A program made the translations under genes and the position numbers. The notes beneath the pieces were generated by a model. It made no database searches and was not told the origin of the DNA. It saw only the letters and a program-made list of their open reading frames with translations. A DNA stretch of 63,664 nt, filler included, from Bonamia ostreae (lineage: Eukaryota): assembly GCA_040357525.1 (NCBI GenBank). It is 21 parts of 21 records of this genome, joined end to end, with 100 filler letters (N's around TTAATTAATTAA, not from the genome) between each part and the next. Parts side by side here need not be neighbours in the genome. Positions count along the whole stretch, not along the records: positions 24,472 to 27,413 come from JBDODL010000637.1; positions 27,514 to 30,454 come from JBDODL010000638.1; positions 30,555 to 33,489 come from JBDODL010000639.1; positions 33,590 to 36,522 come from JBDODL010000640.1; 17 more parts are not named here. One strand, 5' to 3'. Each line of letters starts with the position of its first letter. The stretch's first letter is position 1. Of this stretch, positions 25,309 to 36,622 are shown piece by piece.

Positions 25309-25950
25309 AACAAGATCCCATCAAAAACATACACACCCAAAAATAGCATACATGATACAATTAAGTCATATCTTAGACCCAACATACCAAAAATTAAAGC
25401 TTACGAATAACTATAATATATATATAAACGAAGTTCTGAAAAACAGGAAATGTAGAATCAAGAGGGCCTAAAATAGCTTACAACATAAGAGTTTTATTTA
25501 GGACCCACCATACCAAAAATGAAAGCTTTATAGGAATAAATATTACCAGAGATATCCAGTCTTTACCAAAATTATTTTGCTCCACTGGCCCGTCGGACTT
25601 GTATGATTTTCAACTTTACTGGCTCCCAGCAAATTTTACTGGCCTTGGGCGTGCGGGTTTTGGTAATGACTGGATATCTGCGGCAGAAATTTTAATTCAG
25701 ATACATGGACAAAATGAAGAAAGTCCCGTCAAATAGGAAGTCTGGAACTGAGAGACCCAAAATTAGCTCAAAACAACATACAACTTATATTTAGGACTCC
25801 ACATGCCAAAAATTAAAGCCTAGGAATAATACTGATAAGTATAACCTGAAATATCTGTGACAGAAATTTTTAGTTGATGGACGGACAGACGAACGGACAA
25901 TCCAACATGGTGACTTCAGTATACCCCATTCTCTGCGAGTGGGGGTATAA
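25309..25950 (+). mobile_element. Non-autonomous Helentron/DINE-like repeat with internal tandem units
   Basis: Starts AACAAGA; repeated GACCCACCATACCAAAAAT units; GGACGGACAGAC microsatellite; ends in TATACCCC..GGGGTATA hairpin. Confidence 0.55.
25550..25679. mobile_element. MITE with 22-bp terminal inverted repeats, nested in the previous element
   Basis: AGATATCCAGTCTTTACCAAAA (25550-25571) versus TTTTGGTAATGACTGGATATCT (25658-25679), one mismatch. Confidence 0.7.
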
Positions 25951-26280
25951 TAATTATCTACTTTTTAATGTGAATTTAATTATTTCAAGCTGACTTCTCT
26001 TACCTGCTCTGGGAAAAATACTGAGCCCTCTGCCCACCCAGGAATCCAACATGTCATCATCTATAATTGAATATGAAGAGTGCACTGATAATCCAAACTC
26101 CTTCATCTTGTATTTCACTGTTCTTTCACTGACGCTTAACAAAACACTGATGTCCTTTATAGTGAATTTGTAATCTAGATTGAAAATAATAAATGTACTG
26201 TAAAGTGGAATTAATAATTGATCAACTCTCTGCAATTTTCATGCATACAAATCTTTAGCCACTATAATCATGTACAATTG

Positions 26281-26446
26281 AACTTTACTATCTCAAACAC
26301 CGATATATCTGGAATACCATCGGTACGTCAAATTTATTTGGAGGTTCCAACCAATTTCTCTCTCCGCATTTTAACCTCTGATATACCTAGCACTTGGATA
26401 TCTTGAAGTTTTTCCACGGTTCCATTGAGTTTGAGATAGTGAAGTT
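26281..26446. mobile_element. Tc1/mariner-type MITE relic
   Basis: Inverted repeats AACTTTACTATCTCAAAC (26281-26298) and GTTTGAGATAGTGAAGTT (26429-26446), one mismatch. Confidence 0.65.
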
Positions 26447-27513
26447 TGCTATTAATGTCAAATGGGTTTAAAAACAAAATGTTAATGGCTCTCTTGAGTT
26501 AAGATTCACCAATTGAAAGGAGATTTTATAAAGAGGAAAGTGTCTAGGATTACACAGAGTTTGGGTCAGATTTTACCAGTGATGGCAAACATTTAACAAT
26601 TTATATAGATCGATATCTACTGGTACATTGAGTGACTTCAATAAATTTTTAACCAATTTAAATGACATACAGCGCAGCAAATCATGTACATTTTTACTTG
26701 TACCAAAACTTCCCTATTCTATTTTTAGAAAGTACAGATCTAGAAAGACCCACTCAGATCTTTCAATTTTTAATGTTTATAGTTAGAAAGACCCACTCAT
26801 CATCACCCACATTTCTATAGTTTGGCAAGTGATATCAAACTAGCTTACATTGTATGATAAAACTACAATGTATGAAAATAATCAAAAAATTGTACAGTAT
26901 TGTTGTACAAAACCCATATACCTGTATACCTACATGTATATCATGATATATTATATTTTAAGCTATTATAGTTTATTTCTTTTGAGTTTTATCTAATAAT
27001 TTGAAATAAGTGATTTTCTTTATTTACTTAAGTTTTTATTGTCCTCAGAGCTTATTGATATTGCATAATGTTGTTAAATTTGTGAATTTGATGAAATAAT
27101 CTACCTTTGTCCTTTCACAATGTAATTGGGAAGTATAGAGACATACAAATTATATAATATTAAAAATATGAAAGGTGAATTATTCAATACAAATCAAGAT
27201 ACAGGCCAAGTGTATCAGAGTATATCATGATAAGCTTATAGCCGAATCATTACACCCCTAGTTGAAATACATTCACTTGTAAGTGACTTAAAAATATCAA
27301 CAATACTATATATGATAAATTATTAATAAGAACCTGAATTCTGACTCCAGACATTTCTGGATTTCATTTTTCATTGAGTATACCGACACCGGCGCGGGGG
27401 GGGGGGGCAAGCCNNNNNNNNNNNNNNNNNNNNNNNNNNNNNNNNNNNNNNNNNNNNTTAATTAATTAANNNNNNNNNNNNNNNNNNNNNNNNNNNNNNN
27501 NNNNNNNNNNNNN

Positions 27514-27946
27514 AAATGCTAAGACGACATGTCTTCGAAAACTTAAACAAAGGACGGAACGGGAGAGATTTGATTACACTTTATCGACTAAAAAGTCTGT
27601 AAAGCAAAGTTTTGATTTGCAAAAATTTAAAACTGTCAAAAGTGAATCCGATCGGATCGTTGGGAAGGTCGGGCACAACATTGACGAGTATAATCAAATC
27701 TCCGTTCTTGAAAAAATTGGCCAATGCCCATTTTACAGCAAATTCCGATCCGAACGAATTGTCGTACGCGAAAAGCACGACTCTTTTGCCATTCGAGTCG
27801 ACCGACCAGCTTTTCGGCTCTGGCTCGGCCGATTCCGCGAAACATCGCGTGAAAGCCGTTTTCGAGAAGAAAGCCGTTGCCGCGAAAGTCGCCGCGGAGT
27901 AAAACAGTCTTCTCTTAATAACCGGGCGCAGAGCTGTTCTGGCCAT
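27514..27946 (-). CDS. Universal stress protein A domain protein with mitochondrial-type presequence, 5' part
   Basis: KRVVLFAYDNSFGSEFAVKWALANFFKNGDLIILVNV; Arg/Ala/Thr-rich, acid-free N-terminus. Confidence 0.85.
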
Positions 27947-28023
27947 TCGCCGGAAAATTAGCGATTGCGTCATAAAGTCAGCGATTGAAAGTCGGGTTGC
28001 GATTATATACAAATTGAATAAAT

Positions 28024-29181
28024 TTATTCGCGTATTTTTACTTTGCAGCGCATCTCGAGCAACGCCATTTTCTCCGGGTCGGTTTTTACAGAGTGATGGA
28101 TTGCGGGGAGCTGCTTCTTCTTCCGATTGTAAAACTTCTTTTTCTTCAATCTGAAGAAAAGGCCATCTTTTGTTTCGACGTTTGGGGGCTGGGCCAATTT
28201 TTCCATTATTCTTTCGTTTGTCCCGTTTTCAGCCATTATTCGTTTTCGCTCTTCGAAAGTCGTGTTTTTGAGGCGTTCGTCCGTTTTCCATGAATCGTCT
28301 GTTTTGAACAAATCTGGATATTTTTGGCGATAGCGATTGTGTGGAATCCCGTTGGTTCTGGTGATGAATTCTGATTTCCACGGGTACAAGTGAGCATTCA
28401 AAGAGACTTTGTTGTACCAGACTAGATTAATTTTGCCGCCAAAATCTTCGACCATTTTTATCGCCTCTTTTGACGCGGCTGTGGCTTCGATCAGCGCTTT
28501 GTGGCGAAATATGGGTTTGTAGTCTTTGTTGGTCTAAAATTATGTTACGGAGTGAACCTTGCGCCCTCTTACGATTTTGACCCCTTTTTTGATTTTCTTC
28601 GTTATTCGGGAATCGATGAGTACTTTCATTGTTATCGGTTTCGCCGTGTTCAATCTGCCGTCTTCGATCCATTTTCCGATTTTGTCTAGACTGACCGGCA
28701 GCAATTTGTCTGGCTAACAACAAAGTTGAGCAGATTTAACAAAAAGGTCAAAATTTGAATGTAAATTTAAAAAAAAACAAAATTTTTTCAAAACAAATAT
28801 TTAAAATGAAAAATTTTTGTTATAAATTTTATTAATAAAATTGCTAAAACAAAAATTTTTAAAAACGTTGATTGTTCTCAAGCCGCGTTTGGGTATTTTG
28901 AGGTACAATGGCTTGGCTCCTCCGATATAACCAGGTCTAAGTCTGCTGGAATGGGCTTTTTGTCCTTTCATTCCTCGACCAGATTTTCTTCCGCGGCCAG
29001 AATTGTGTCCTCTTCCTCTCCTTTGTTTCTTTTTTCGTGCTCCTTTGTTGTCCCTTAGATCAGAGAGCCTAAGTCGATTTTTTCCGAGCTGGGTCATGTA
29101 CAGACTTGAACTGAAATGGCGAGAAAAAAGTGCGGATTTGTTGCGTGAAAACAAATTTGATTTTTGGAAAAACTTTAGCAT
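28024..29181 (-). CDS. MRPL15: Mitochondrial ribosomal protein uL15m; two introns
   Basis: Presequence, LSDLRDNKGARKKKQRRGRGHNSGRGRKSGRGMKGQKA, GGAKPLYLKIPKRG, ASKEAIKMVEDFGG. Confidence 0.92.
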
Positions 29182-29293
29182 GAACACCGTTGGCTAAATT
29201 TTAACTTTATTTGTAATTTTCGATATGAATATTTTTGTTTTTTGTATTTATTAGTCTACTATATAGTGTAGAAAGTCCGAAATTCGTTGCCAA

Positions 29294-29749
29294 ATGAGCT
29301 TATGTTATTGTAACAAAAAACAAAATGAGTTTTGTCCCGAAGCGCCAATAGTTTTAATGACAAAATATTTGAAGAATGGCACTGATTACATAAACAAAAT
29401 AGCTGATTCTTTTAGAAATGGCTATAATTACAAAATTAGCTATAACAGAAATAAATTCAACAACAGAAATGTCCAAATTTCCGAGTTCGCTTTAAACAAC
29501 ATAAGACGGTACCAAACATCGAACAATTCCAGAACTTTCGATGAAGACGAATTTGAAAAAGAAAACAAAAATGTGGAAAAAAGAGCTGGAAAAATTGAGA
29601 AAGTTGACGATTATAAAAAATATGGCGAATATAAAGAGGAAATCATAAAAGCGGAACAACAGGCGGAATTGATCTTCGAAAAAGAAAAAAGTAGTTCGTC
29701 CGTTTACTACCCGGAATTGCCATTGAACCTTGATTTATTGTGGAAGTAA
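29294..29749 (+). CDS. Hypothetical protein (151 aa)
   Basis: Intact ATG ORF divergent from uL15m; no family recognised. Confidence 0.5.
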   Translation: MSLCYCNKKQNEFCPEAPIVLMTKYLKNGTDYINKIADSFRNGYNYKISYNRNKFNNRNVQISEFALNNIRRYQTSNNSRTFDEDEFEKENKNVEKRAGKIEKVDDYKKYGEYKEEIIKAEQQAELIFEKEKSSSSVYYPELPLNLDLLWK

Positions 29750-29958
29750 TAAATATTTTTCTACTTTGTCAAAATCAAATTCTTTTTATTTCCGCTTTTA
29801 CTTTTAATTGCGTTTTTACTCTTTTCAATAACCTTTTAAAGTAACGAAAAAAGCATTCAGAGCAACGAAAGAATTTAAAAATTGCGCAAAGAAAACTGAA
29901 TCAAGAAAATCCAAAAATTGTAATTTGCAAAAAATATTGTAAAACGAAAAAATGTAAT

Positions 29959-30285
29959 TTATTTTTTGTTTCTTCTTTTTCTGAATTTTTTCTTTTTCCA
30001 ACTTTTTCTTTTAATTTTTGGATGCAAAATCCGAAAAGCTTTACCACTTAACGCTTTTGTGTTTCTAGAAATGTTTTGCAAAAAAGCGATATCTTCCGTT
30101 TCTCTTGTTTGAGAATAATTTTTCGAATCTACGAAATTCGGAGTTTTTCTGATACGAAGACCGTTGCAGTCATATCGGATTTTATGTTTGTCAACGCAGC
30201 TTAAACAACAAGTGTGGATTTCGCATTTGGGGCACTTGTACTTCGCATTTGAATTCAAGCATATTTTACATTCTTTAAAGGACAT
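29959..30285 (-). CDS. zf-HIT protein, Bcd1/ZNHIT6-like (short)
   Basis: CKICLNSNAKYKCPKCEIHTCCLSCVDKHKIRYDCNGLR..DIAFL. Confidence 0.85.
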   Translation of the reverse strand: MSFKECKICLNSNAKYKCPKCEIHTCCLSCVDKHKIRYDCNGLRIRKTPNFVDSKNYSQTRETEDIAFLQNISRNTKALSGKAFRILHPKIKRKSWKKKKFRKRRNKK

Positions 30286-30554
30286 TGTTTTGTTTGGAAA
30301 TTTATGCAAACACTTTAATTAGGCGCGATGAAAAGTTCTTTGCTCTTTTCTGTTCGTCCTTGTTTTGACGCTAAATTTGCTTTGTGGGTTGGGCAACTTT
30401 TGTCGTTTGCTATGTAATGGCATCAATATTTCGAATCGGTACCAAATCTGAGAGNNNNNNNNNNNNNNNNNNNNNNNNNNNNNNNNNNNNNNNNNNNNTT
30501 AATTAATTAANNNNNNNNNNNNNNNNNNNNNNNNNNNNNNNNNNNNNNNNNNNN

Positions 30555-30965
30555 ACGGTTACTACACCAGCAAAAATCGAGAGAATACCAAAAATTTTGT
30601 GCCTACATTTGTCAAGAGGACTTCAAAATGCGAAAAACAACAAATTTGTAAAATTTGACGCCATTATCTCAGACGATTATTATCCTTTTTTATACGACTT
30701 CAAGTTTAAAACTATTTTTATACGACTTTTTTAAAACTCTTATTATCTAAACTCAAATTTGAAAATCGAACAAAAAAGATTCAAATATGTGCTCTCCGCG
30801 GTTATAGAGCACAGAGGTTTTTTGTTCGAAGGTCATTACATCGCTTATGTCAAAAATAATAATAATTGGTACAAATGCTCAGATTCGAAAATTGAATATT
30901 CAAATATAGACGAAGTTTTGAGAACTCAAGCTTATATTCTATTTTACGAATATGAAAGCCATTAA
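30555..30965 (+). CDS. Ubiquitin-specific protease (C19), C-terminal part
   Basis: PKILCLHLSR and His box YVLSAVIEHRGFLFEGHYIAYVK..WYKCSDSKI..AYILFYE. Confidence 0.92.
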
Positions 30966-31163
30966 ATTTTTTGTTCTTTCGGTTGAAATTTTTTCTAATT
31001 TTCAAATTTGTCGTCGTTTCTCTGCAATCAAATCTCTTATTAGTTCTCTTCATTCCTCGTTAATTTGAATTATTTGATTTTAGTTGCAATTAAATATGTC
31101 AAACAGAAAAGAAAACATTTAAAAATATATCACAAATAATAAACACCGAAAATTAGTTTTCGA

Positions 31164-31870
31164 ATGTCCGAAATTTGCGAAATTTGCGACAAAAGTGATA
31201 ATACAGTTAAATGCGTCCACTGCGGCGTCTCTGTGCATAGAGATTGCTATGGCTATCCTTTAGGTAACTTTTGTCAAATTTGAGTAAAATTGTCTAAAAC
31301 GAAAAAATGGACTTGTCTCGTCTGCGGGTTTCCAAAGGACTTCAAAACCAAAAATGAGCAATTTGTTTAAATTAGCCAAATCGAATTTACAATAAAAAGA
31401 AATGTGCGTTGTGCCCAAACAGAAAAGGAGCGATGAAAAAAGCGACTGACTGGAGATGGGTCCATCTTCGCTGCGCTCTTTGGATACCAGAAGCGTTTTT
31501 CTATTCCACTGAAGGAAGAGAACCGATCGATCTTTTAAGAATACCCCCGAAACGATTTTCAGAAGTTTGGAATTTTTACAAATTTTTGAAAGTCGATTTA
31601 CAAATTAATCAAAAAAGAAATGCAGTTATTGCAAAAAAGGGGGAGACGGCGCATGTTTGAGCTGCTCGACTCAAAACTGCAAAATGAAGTTTCATGTGCC
31701 TTGCGGCATAAATAAAAATGTGTTCTTGACTTATCGCTCGAACAAGAAATCGCAAATTGACGAAATTTTTTCCTACTGCCATTTGCATTCTGAATATTGG
31801 CGCAATAAAGTTAATTTTTGACATTTTTCGAATTTCGTGAAAACTAAATTATTTTGTCTTTAATTAGTTC
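31164..31870 (+). CDS. PHD / extended-PHD (PZP-type, BRPF/JADE-like) zinc-finger protein; multi-exon
   Basis: CEIC..CVHCGVSVHRDCYG; CALCPNRKGAMK..WVHLRCALWIPE; CSYCKKRGDGAC..FHVPC; 3' end uncertain. Confidence 0.85.
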
Positions 31871-31993
31871 TGTTTTCTGGTTGTCAGTCTCCGTTTTTAC
31901 CTATTACAAATTGTCACAGCATTACAAAAAGGCTTCGAACGCTGTCTAAATATATATTAGCGCCGCAAGATAAAAATATTTAGCTCATCAATT

Positions 31994-32257
31994 ATGTCGT
32001 TTTCAAGTTCTGAAGACGACCCGATAACATTGATAATAAACGGTCACAAATATGACGTGACTGATTACATCAATGTGCATCCAGGCGAAGGACATAACAA
32101 TATTTATCTCGAAAATTTTGACAAACAGGATGTCACAAACCAATTTAATTACTACCACAAAAAAACGATTCAAACCAATTTAAAGTTGCTTCAAAGAGCG
32201 AGAGAAAGAGGTTGCCACAAGAAGATAAGGCATTTGGGCGAAATTTCTAAAGATTAA
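31994..32257 (+). CDS. Small soluble cytochrome b5-like heme-binding protein
   Basis: LIINGHKYDVTDYINVHPGEG..DVTNQFNYYH; no TM tail. Confidence 0.85.
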   Translation: MSFSSSEDDPITLIINGHKYDVTDYINVHPGEGHNNIYLENFDKQDVTNQFNYYHKKTIQTNLKLLQRARERGCHKKIRHLGEISKD

Positions 32258-32397
32258 ATTTTTTCTAATTCTTTCTGTAACTTTGTTTATTTTATGTACT
32301 TTTGTGTAAATATGAACATAAAATTGTCATTGGAAAAATCAGTTTCGCGTTTACAGTTCATTGGAAAATCCGTTAGAATCTAAAATTATCAGTCAAA

Positions 32398-33489
32398 ATG
32401 GAGAATATAAACTCTCTTGAAAATGTGATAAAAATACATAACCGATCACATGAAACGGTCAAACTCTTTTTACAAAGTAACGATCCTCTCAAATCTAACG
32501 ACTATTATGGTTTGCTTCAAAATAATGTTTTGAAAAATCTCAAATCTGAAAATGTTTTTAAAAATGTTTTAAATGGCTTTTTTCATCTCAAACCAATCAA
32601 AAATGGCTTTAAAAATTGCAAACATTTATCTTCAAAAATTTTCACTGTTGCGAATAAAGGGCAGAAATTGGATAATCAGAGATCTTCGCACTGACGAAAT
32701 CCTCCAAACAATAGAAATAAAAGAAAAAAGCGATTATTACCGTGTGACGTTGAGCCCTTCAAGAGAACTACTGAAAAAAGTGCTGGACGAGAATTCACAT
32801 GATTTCACAGAGCTCTACAAAGATAAAACAAAACTTGACTGGCTCACGGTTTACCCGCGCTGCAAGACGATGCATCACATTCTGGAGACCGGGAAAGTCG
32901 GCGATAAACAGATCGCGACTTCTTCGGCAACTTTTTACAACGAAGTTGAAAAGAAAAAACAGAAATTTGAGATTGAGACGATGAGCATTAGCCCGAGAAT
33001 ATTTTTGGTCAAGGACTGTCTCAGTGAAGAAGAAGCTGACGTTTTGATAAATATGGCGCAAGGTAAGTTGGAGAGATCGACCATTATCGATGATGACGGT
33101 TTTATCAACGACGAAAATTTATTTTACTTCCAAAACATTTCCGTAAACGGTAACAACGAAGGATCTGGTGTATTGCTGAGCGACATTCGCACATCGAGCA
33201 CATGTTGGTTAAAATACAGTGACAGCCCGGTTGTCGAAAATATTTTTGACAGAATTTCCGATATTCTGAGGATTGACAGAGATTACGTTAAGTACCAAAG
33301 TTCAGAGTCATTGCAGGTGGTTTATTACGGGGTGACACAGGAATTTAGACACCACCACGATTATTTGGATCCTCTGACGCACGTCGGAAACAATTCTGTG
33401 ATGAGGGGTAACAACAGAATGGCTACTTTTCTGTTCTATCTCAAAACTCCAGAAGAAGGCGGTGAAACCGATTTTCCGTACTCGGATTC
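32398..33489 (+). CDS. Prolyl 4-hydroxylase (2OG-Fe(II) oxygenase), 3' truncated; intron 32554-32659
   Basis: SPRIFLVKDCLSEEEAD, RTSSTCWL, ESLQVVYY, HHDY, NRMATFLFYL..EEGGETDFP. Confidence 0.92.
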
Positions 33490-33953
33490 NNNNNNNNNNN
33501 NNNNNNNNNNNNNNNNNNNNNNNNNNNNNNNNNTTAATTAATTAANNNNNNNNNNNNNNNNNNNNNNNNNNNNNNNNNNNNNNNNNNNNCGGAACTATGT
33601 GGCAAAGCAGTGATTAAATTTTCAATTTTTTGCTCTTCATATTTCTCCGAAATCTCTATCGAGAAGAGTCTTCTACAAGAAGATTTCTTTCGTCTCTTTA
33701 AATAAAATTTTGCCAAATAAATTTAATTCCATCTCGTTAAACGAGGATTTAATTTTCACTTTTTGCTGCAAAATTTTTACTGTTAAAAACATTTTTGGGC
33801 CATTTTGATGATCCAATGACCATTGTTCACTCACTTTAAACCAATGGCGATGGCGTCCTTAGAACGCCCGCTTTAGTCCCAAATGGCGGTTTGCCGCCAA
33901 AACAGTGATTTCGAACAAACCCAATTTGTATAAAAATAAACATTATATTAAAA

Positions 33954-36456
33954 ATGCCTCCACTGAAAAGCATTTATAATTTAAATAAAAGCATTTATGA
34001 TTTTGATTCTTCAGATCAAGAATCAGAACCAGAAGGATCCAAAATCTCAGATCTCGAATTTGAATCCGAAGATGAAACGGATAAAGATTCGATTAAAGTT
34101 CGAAAATTGCCTGATTACTCTGAGACCACCTTTCCGGCCGGAACACAATTTCATTTGTATGATCAAAGTGTTGCTTTTTGTTCGTGGTATAACCCAGATG
34201 TTGAAAGCGCTGAAAAGATGTATTTTTGTGGCAAAGATAATCTTGGCGAGTGTTGTAGAATAAGGGAAAATTGCGAGGGCAATATGAAAGATTATGAAAT
34301 TTGCGAGGAAATTTTTACGGATGGAAAAGGCATACATGAATACAAAGGTTTGATGTGCACATTTTATTGTTGTTGCTGTTTTTATAAATGACAATGTTCA
34401 AAAATAAATAGTAACTGATAGACGAAGTGGGGAATTATATACTCTAAAAGCTTTTACCAAGTCAGAAAACATGGTTAAGTGTTTGACAGAAATTTGGACG
34501 CTGGAAAAATTGAGTGAAATTGATCATCCTGTCGAATACTATCACCTTTTCGAAACAGGAAAATGTATCTACCTCCTCAAAGAATGGTTTGCTTGCAATT
34601 TTACGGAATTGCTAAAAGGCAACGATTTTATCAACATAGATTCTGTCATGCATATCGGGATGGGATCTATTCTTGCTCTTGAACCGATTCACAAACTCGG
34701 AATAGTCATCAATAACATAAATCCGTCCAACGTAAGACTGACATTCAGAGGCAAAATAAAATATACCGATTTCACAGAAGCAACATCACAAGGAGGAGAT
34801 ATAAATCGTGATTTCAAAGCTGTTGCATTAAATTTGTTTTATTTGGTGAATTCCAAATATACGATCAATGACGCTGAAACTTCAAAGGAAAACCAAGAAA
34901 GAATGTTAAAAGAAATCCAACGTGACTATGAAGGTATATCAGAAGTTGGAGTTTACTCGTTTATGTTGTGGTTGGCGAGATATGAAATTGATTACAAATA
35001 TCTACGCAACAACACATTTATCTTGGATAAAGAAGCCGATTTTGTAAAAAGGGGTCCGAGATTACTAATGGAATTGGTGAACAAAGCCAAAGGAAATCAA
35101 CGCATTGTGGATTTGGCCAGAGCGAAACCGATTGAAAAAGTTTTCAAGTTGGAAAATATGAAATGTATGTTTGATATGGAATCGACCGAGAGTGGGATTT
35201 ACTTTTCTTTAATGGGTAGATTATTAGAATCTCTGGAGAACCCAACGTTTGCTTGTGACAAGAAGCTTAAAGTATTCAAAGAAAAATGTGGAATTTATTG
35301 CAGTTCTTTTTAAAAATTAACCGAAACATTTATTTATTGACCAAAATAAAATTGTTTTTATTAGAAAAAAGATGCAGCCCTAGATGCGTAGTGACTTTAA
35401 AACAAATTAAGATTGAATTGGAACAAATCGTTGCAGTCGGTAGACATTCAGTCGTTTTCCCAGGTTTCATTTAGATTCAATTGCAGCAACCTTTAATAAC
35501 AGAAAGTATGTTGTGAAAGTGTGTGTCAAAAAAGAAAGAAATATCGACCGCATAAGAAACGAAGTTAACATTTTATGCAAAGTTAACCACGAAAACGTTC
35601 TCGGGTTGTTACATATCTTTGAAACTAATTTATTTGTAATTATGCTCGAAGAAAAATGCGATCACAAATTAAGGTTTGATTAATTTCAACTTACGAACAT
35701 TAAAAAAGCGATTTGCGTTACGAGGAACTAGGAAAAGAAAAATTGGGTTTTGTTTTGTTATTTTAAGAAATTTTTTGTATCCAAATTTGGAATGCATTTT
35801 TGTATTTGAACTCCATTGGAATAACTCACACGAACTTTAATTTTGAAAATACTTTATTGGCGGGTACAACTGTCAAACTTTCAGGGTTCAGTTTAAGTGT
35901 TGATCAGGGAGTGCAAAATCCGCCCATTAAAAACAAAGGGACCTTTCCTTTTGTCGGTTCTTTGTCATTTTGTTTTCGATATCTGTCTGAAAATAATTTT
36001 TGTTATTTTGAATCAAATTGCAAATAAAAAGCTCCAGAGGTGTTAGTAGGGTTCTGTGCTCCTTCAACTCCATTCTACAGTTTAGGTTTAGCGGTATTAC
36101 ACTTTGTCACTGGAGAAACGATCGAAAATGTTGACGAACTATTGGAAAAAAATGTCACGAAAGATATGCCAGAACTAGCTTGGGGAGTTTTTATTGATGG
36201 CGTGGGTGCTTTGCGTCCAGAGTTTAGAACTTTTGAACTTAGAAATGTCCTTCACAAACTGTTACCTTTTAAAAACAGGTTTCAGTTATCTTAATTTAAA
36301 AAAAAATAAAAATTTGCCATTTTTAAAATCTTAATATTTCGAAAAAAGATTAACGATAAAAAAGAAGAGAGTTCTTTTATATTAAATGAAAATCTTAAAA
36401 AATAATAAAATCTCGTTTCAGTGAATTCTCGTACTGTTAGTTCCAGTGAAATATAG
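33954..36456 (+). CDS. Tandem double kinase-fold protein, both domains lacking catalytic residues; multi-exon
   Basis: Domain 1: YTLK, GIVINNINPSN, YTDFTE. Domain 2: YVVK, HENVL, GITHTNFNFEN, LSGFSL, APE. 3' end approximate. Confidence 0.7.
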
Positions 36457-36622
36457 TTTTTTTGTGTTGCAACTTTAAAATATTCGATATCATTTTCTGT
36501 TCAAGTTTCTTTTTAAAATTCTNNNNNNNNNNNNNNNNNNNNNNNNNNNNNNNNNNNNNNNNNNNNTTAATTAATTAANNNNNNNNNNNNNNNNNNNNNN
36601 NNNNNNNNNNNNNNNNNNNNNN

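Larger units (their letters stand above)
24825..26176 (-). mobile_element. Exons of an integrase-core (DDE) transposase-like gene, probably degenerate
   Basis: HTH-like exon (ISVLLSVSERTVKYKMKEFGL) plus exon GFLRSESIRVQRQRIRDSMHRLNP..RRRTYQVPSPLSLWHIDGNHKLIR. Confidence 0.75.
24472..27413. other. Metazoan (bivalve-like) contig, probable host contamination
   Basis: Gene-poor, ~1-kb intron, GTAAGA/GTAAAA donors, MITEs and a GGACGGACAGAC-containing element, unlike the compact contigs. Confidence 0.8.

Noticed and set aside
24825-26176. Integrase-like gene as a viral insertion in the protist
   Set aside because: It lies on a host-like contig, has long metazoan-type introns and belongs to a common invertebrate transposase-like family
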